DNA of 64,000 nucleotides from Vampirovibrionales bacterium (GTDB lineage Bacteria; Cyanobacteriota; Vampirovibrionia; Vampirovibrionales; Vampirovibrionaceae): NCBI GenBank assembly GCA_029262635.1, contig JAJCZA010000022.1, positions 58,222 to 122,221 of the forward strand, read 5' to 3'. Shown piece by piece: positions 60,291 to 64,000 of this stretch (position 1 is its first letter; each line of letters starts with the position of its first letter). The notes under the pieces were generated by a model. It saw only the letters and a program-made list of their open reading frames with translations, ran no database searches and was not told where the DNA came from. The position numbers and the translations under genes were made by a program.

Positions 60291-61600
60291 AACGTCCCTC
60301 CTGAAATCGCGGAAAGACTATCGGACCCGTCATCATGTTTTTCTCGATAGTAATGAATCATAATGTTCAAAATACTGGCGAGGGGTAATGCCAAAAGAAT
60401 CCCAACAAGTCCGGCAGCTTTGGCACAGATAATCAACGAAAAAATGACAGCCACCGGATGCAGGCCCATAACATCGCCGACAACTTTGGGAGCGATAATA
60501 TTGTCCTTAATCGTTTGAAACCCGTAAGAACAAAGCCATACCGGGATAATTAGCATCGGGTTGGTAAACAGCAAGACCATAATGCCGGGTGTAATACCAA
60601 TCCAGGTACCAATAACAGGAAGAATTTCAGAGATGGCGAAAAAGGCGCCCAGGAAAAAAGAAAAACTGACCCCAAAAATCGAATAAATAATAAACATATA
60701 AGTACCGGTTAAGATACCCAACAGCACTTGGCCTTTAATAAAAGTGAACATGACCTGATGAAAGCTATCCATTAATTTATTCAGTGTGGGCCTTGCTGAT
60801 TTGGGTACGACCTGAATGAAGCGATACCGAAGTTGAGGGCCGTCCATTAAAAAATAAAACACGAGTAAAAATCCGGCAATAGTATAAAGCAATCCGTTCA
60901 TCGTGCCCGTAATAAGTGTGGTTGCGTTGTTTAGAGCATTGGCAATACTCTGTTCAATAATTTGGACCAGTTGACCTGTTGAGTTTTCCAAAAAAGACTC
61001 TGAAAGCACCTTGTGGTTTTCAACAGCATCCACTGGAAACGACGAAGGTGACGCCAAAATAGCGGTAGAATCGTTTTGAAGGTCTGAAATCGTCCCTGAG
61101 ATATGGATGGATTCAACTTCAACAGGCAGGGACTCCTGAAAGAGGTATTCACCAAAGTTGGGACCCAATGTTTTTTCAGACCATTCCAGTAGCACCTTTT
61201 CAGATTGAGTCACATAGCCTGGCAACTCATTGGAGAAAGCCTGAACCTGGGTACCAATAATGGGGAACAGTTTAACGCTGGCGAGTGTCATTAACGCAAA
61301 AAATAGAATATAAACCACGGTAACAGAAAACGCCCGTGTCAATAAATTAGGATCTTGCCATGAAGGTGTTTTTTTAAAGGTTCGCACCAGAGCCATAATG
61401 CCTTTTTCGAAAAGGCTAACAGGGCCAATCAGAATATAGGTTATAACCAACGCAACCCCAAAGAGTGCGACAATGTTATAAAAGTAACTCCCCAGATAAA
61501 ACAATGCGCCAATGGTTAGCAGGGCGGTTGCAAAGTTCAGTAACCGCTTATAAGTTAGCTCTAGCTGAGCGTCGTTTAAACTCATCTTTGGATCATTCAC
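60287..61600 (-). CDS. AI-2E family transporter, tandem paralog
   Basis: Same family (ILPVIGTWIGITPGIMV). 4-nt overlap with the downstream paralog. Confidence 0.8.
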   Translation of the reverse strand: MNDPKMSLNDAQLELTYKRLLNFATALLTIGALFYLGSYFYNIVALFGVALVITYILIGPVSLFEKGIMALVRTFKKTPSWQDPNLLTRAFSVTVVYILFFALMTLASVKLFPIIGTQVQAFSNELPGYVTQSEKVLLEWSEKTLGPNFGEYLFQESLPVEVESIHISGTISDLQNDSTAILASPSSFPVDAVENHKVLSESFLENSTGQLVQIIEQSIANALNNATTLITGTMNGLLYTIAGFLLVFYFLMDGPQLRYRFIQVVPKSARPTLNKLMDSFHQVMFTFIKGQVLLGILTGTYMFIIYSIFGVSFSFFLGAFFAISEILPVIGTWIGITPGIMVLLFTNPMLIIPVWLCSYGFQTIKDNIIAPKVVGDVMGLHPVAVIFSLIICAKAAGLVGILLALPLASILNIMIHYYREKHDDGSDSLSAISGGTL

Positions 61601-61870
61601 ACAGAAACGTCTTTCTGCTGATTGTTATTGGCGCCAACCAACTCGTATTAATACAACCTTTTTTCGACAAAGCGTTTTACCCTGTTTCCTGCTTTAGCCT
61701 TCTTATACGGGCTTTGACCTTGTCAGGCAAAAGCTAATCATATCTCATTGTACCGAAAAGACGATCCATTATCCGTATGATCTTTATTTCATCCGTGAAT
61801 AAAACTCCCCCTGTTTAAGCGGAAGTTCTGTAAAATAGAGATAGATTTAGTAAAAGGAGTAACTCCGTTT

Positions 61871-62980
61871 ATGATTCTTGAGGAATTATTGCAGGAAGCG
61901 TTTCAGCGTGGCGCAAGCGATTTACATATTTCAGTCGGCTTACCGCCCGTGTTTCGAGTAGATGGTAAATTGCTTCGGGGAGACTATCCGCCGCTAACCA
62001 AGGAAGATTCACATCGATTAATTTTTAGCATGCTAACCAACGAGCAACGTCGCGTGTTAGAGCAGGAGTGGGAATTGGACTGTTCTTATGGCGTTTCCGG
62101 GCTCGGACGCTTCCGGGTCAATGTTTATAAAGATCGAGGAAATTACGCGACGGCCTTGCGTTCTATCACCACTGAAATCCCGACGTTTGACCAACTAAAA
62201 CTACCTCCCATTGTCAAAGAAGTGGCTGAACGAACCAAAGGACTGGTTCTTGTAACAGGCCCAACCGGTTCAGGTAAGTCCACCACACTGGCCGCCATGG
62301 TTGATTACATCAACTCTTCCCGAGCTGAACATATTTTGACGGTTGAGGATCCCATTGAATTTATTCATCCCTCAAAACGAAGTATTGTTCACCAACGTGA
62401 ACTGGGACAAGACACCCGAAGTTTCGCCAACGCCCTAAAATCCGCTTTAAGGGAAGATCCCGATGTTATCCTAGTCGGCGAACTTCGAGATCTCGAAACC
62501 ATCAGCCTGGCTCTAACCGCCGCTGAAACAGGACACATGGTCATGGGCACCCTACACACCTCAAGCGCCATGCAGACCGTGGATCGGATTGTGGATGTAT
62601 TTCCGGCAGAACAGCAACAACAGGTTCGAATCCAGTTATCTAACAGTCTACTATCTGTTTTCTCCCAGGCGCTTTTGCCAAAACTCACCGAGTCCGGCGA
62701 GAAAAAAGGGCGGGTTATGGCGCAGGAAATCATGATTGTGACCCCGGCCATCTCCAACCTGATTCGAGAAGGAAAGGCGGCACAAGTGTATTCCGCCATC
62801 CAGACCGGTGGCCAGCATCAGATGCAGACCATGGAAACCGCCTTGAAAGATCTCTATACCAAGGGGCTGGTTGACTTTGAGGATGCCATCTCTAAAACAA
62901 CCCGGCCGGAAGATTTCAAACGTCTGGTTGCAGGAGTTCAAGGCCAAAAAGAACAAAGCCGAACCGGCGTATCCGGATAA
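61871..62980 (+). CDS. pilT: type IV pilus retraction ATPase PilT
   Basis: Walker A GPTGSGKSTT, Asp/His boxes, and the PilT-specific AIRNLIRE-like motif (AISNLIREGK). Confidence 0.9.
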   Translation: MILEELLQEAFQRGASDLHISVGLPPVFRVDGKLLRGDYPPLTKEDSHRLIFSMLTNEQRRVLEQEWELDCSYGVSGLGRFRVNVYKDRGNYATALRSITTEIPTFDQLKLPPIVKEVAERTKGLVLVTGPTGSGKSTTLAAMVDYINSSRAEHILTVEDPIEFIHPSKRSIVHQRELGQDTRSFANALKSALREDPDVILVGELRDLETISLALTAAETGHMVMGTLHTSSAMQTVDRIVDVFPAEQQQQVRIQLSNSLLSVFSQALLPKLTESGEKKGRVMAQEIMIVTPAISNLIREGKAAQVYSAIQTGGQHQMQTMETALKDLYTKGLVDFEDAISKTTRPEDFKRLVAGVQGQKEQSRTGVSG

Positions 62981-62983
62981 TTT

Positions 62984-63841
62984 ATGTTTCTTCTGCTTTC
63001 AGAGTACATGAACCATCTGGCGAACGAGCGAGGCTATGCTGTTAATACTCTGGATGCTTATGAACGTGATTTAACCGAGTGGGTTGCCGACGTTGAGAGC
63101 GCCAAGACGACCGTCAAGCTATCCCAAATTACCTCCCGACAAATGAACCGCTTTGTGGCCCGACTCCGACAAAAGGGCAATGCCACCACGACGATTCTTC
63201 GAAAAATCAGCAGTATTAAAGGTTTTTTCTACTGGATGCAACACAAGGGGTATATCCAACAGAACCCGCTGGCGGTTCTGGAAGTGCCCAAACGGATTAA
63301 AACCCTACCCAAGGTCCTTCGTGTGCGGGATATAGAACGCTTGCTGAATAGCCCCAAACTCTCCTTACAGGACAAGGTGATCATTGAATTGCTTTATGCC
63401 TGCGGTTTAAGGGTTTCGGAGCTAACCCAGCTGACCGTGGAACAAATTGATTTGCCCGGCGGGTATTTAAGGTGTTTAGGAAAGCGAAATAAGGAACGCC
63501 TGATTCCCCTTGGGGAGCTTTCCCTGCAATTGCTGGCTCGCTACATCAGCGAAAGCCATCTAAAAGGGAACGATCCGTTACTGGTTCAGGATTTATTGAA
63601 AGAGCCGATCAACCGAAAAGAAATCTGGTCCCGGGTTAAGTCGTTAGGCGAGCTGATTGGGAAAGATGTATCCCCTCATACTTTTCGGCATAGTTTCGCG
63701 ACTCATCTACTAGAAAACGGGGCGGATCTTCGGGTGGTGCAAGAGCTATTGGGACATAGTGATATTTCCACCACTCAAATTTATACCCAAATCAGCAAAA
63801 AACACATCAAAAACGCCCACCAATCCGTGTTTAAATCCTAG
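62984..63841 (+). CDS. xerD: tyrosine site-specific recombinase XerC/XerD family
   Basis: Catalytic R...HxxR...Y region (HTFRHSFATHLLENGADLRVVQELLGHSDISTTQIYT). Confidence 0.85.
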   Translation: MFLLLSEYMNHLANERGYAVNTLDAYERDLTEWVADVESAKTTVKLSQITSRQMNRFVARLRQKGNATTTILRKISSIKGFFYWMQHKGYIQQNPLAVLEVPKRIKTLPKVLRVRDIERLLNSPKLSLQDKVIIELLYACGLRVSELTQLTVEQIDLPGGYLRCLGKRNKERLIPLGELSLQLLARYISESHLKGNDPLLVQDLLKEPINRKEIWSRVKSLGELIGKDVSPHTFRHSFATHLLENGADLRVVQELLGHSDISTTQIYTQISKKHIKNAHQSVFKS

Positions 63842-64000
63842 TTTTTGAGAAACGTAACGATTTGAAACAAAAAAAGTCAATCGTGTCACTTGAGGGGCGT
63901 TGTCCTTTTAGTTTCCCTTATTAATTTGACTCAATCTGAAAAGGCAATTTTTGATGATAAATACGATGATGACGTTACCCGGCTCAGCGACCCTCACTCC

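Noticed and set aside
62984-63841. XerD-like tyrosine recombinase as a marker of an integrated mobile element
   Set aside because: It immediately follows pilT in the same orientation, with no attachment-site-like repeats, no tRNA target and no phage/IS genes in the remaining 160 bp. This fits the chromosomal dimer-resolution XerC/D.
1-64000. CRISPR arrays, IS elements, prophage genes, toxin-antitoxin pairs, restriction-modification genes
   Set aside because: I scanned both strands for short regularly spaced repeats, transposase/integrase/terminase motifs and typical defence-gene signatures. None were found apart from the features listed above.

Overview
This 64 kb window is a gene-dense, mostly housekeeping bacterial chromosome segment with no recognisable mobile elements, CRISPR arrays or rRNA. 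I estimate the GC content at about 47 to 48 percent by eye. All calls come from reading the six-frame translations for family motifs; no database searches were run.

Recognisable content, in order:
- A class III anaerobic ribonucleotide reductase operon (nrdD, nrdG) plus a poly-ferredoxin, with a tRNA-Arg(TCG) on the opposite strand splitting it.
- secA.
- A split F-type ATP synthase operon (atpZ-like, atpI, atpB, atpE, b-prime, b, delta, alpha, gamma). No beta or epsilon subunit follows, which is the cyanobacterial-style layout.
- yajQ.
- A flagellar basal-body and export cluster: flgF, flgG, flgB, flgC, a flagellum-type lytic transglycosylase, fliE, fliF, three unknown genes, fliH, flhA.
- map, purK, purE, cstA, and an Fmt-like formyltransferase.
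- A PilM-PilN fusion with a PilO-like partner, an FtsB-like gene, hup and deoC.
- Two tandem degenerate AAA+ pseudo-ATPase paralogs next to a SWIM-SNF2 helicase.
- A truncated dcw block (murF, mraY, murD, ftsW, murG) with tRNA-Gln(TTG) at its end.
- A pentapeptide-repeat protein, a YqeG-like HAD phosphatase, anmK, two tandem AI-2E transporters, pilT and xerD.

The candidates most worth follow-up:
1. Three uncharacterised genes sit exactly where fliG should be, between fliF and fliH. Two share a novel duplicated domain, and one ends in a region that looks like the FliG N-terminal (FliF-binding) domain.
2. A tandem pair of catalytically dead AAA+ proteins shares a conserved N-terminal motif.
3. 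A perfect 19-bp direct repeat flanks the tRNA-Arg that interrupts the nrd operon.

The dcw layout, a SecA with no zinc-finger tail, and a flagellar cluster lacking fliG, fliI, fliM and fliN point to a non-proteobacterial lineage. A PVC-superphylum-like organism is a guess only.
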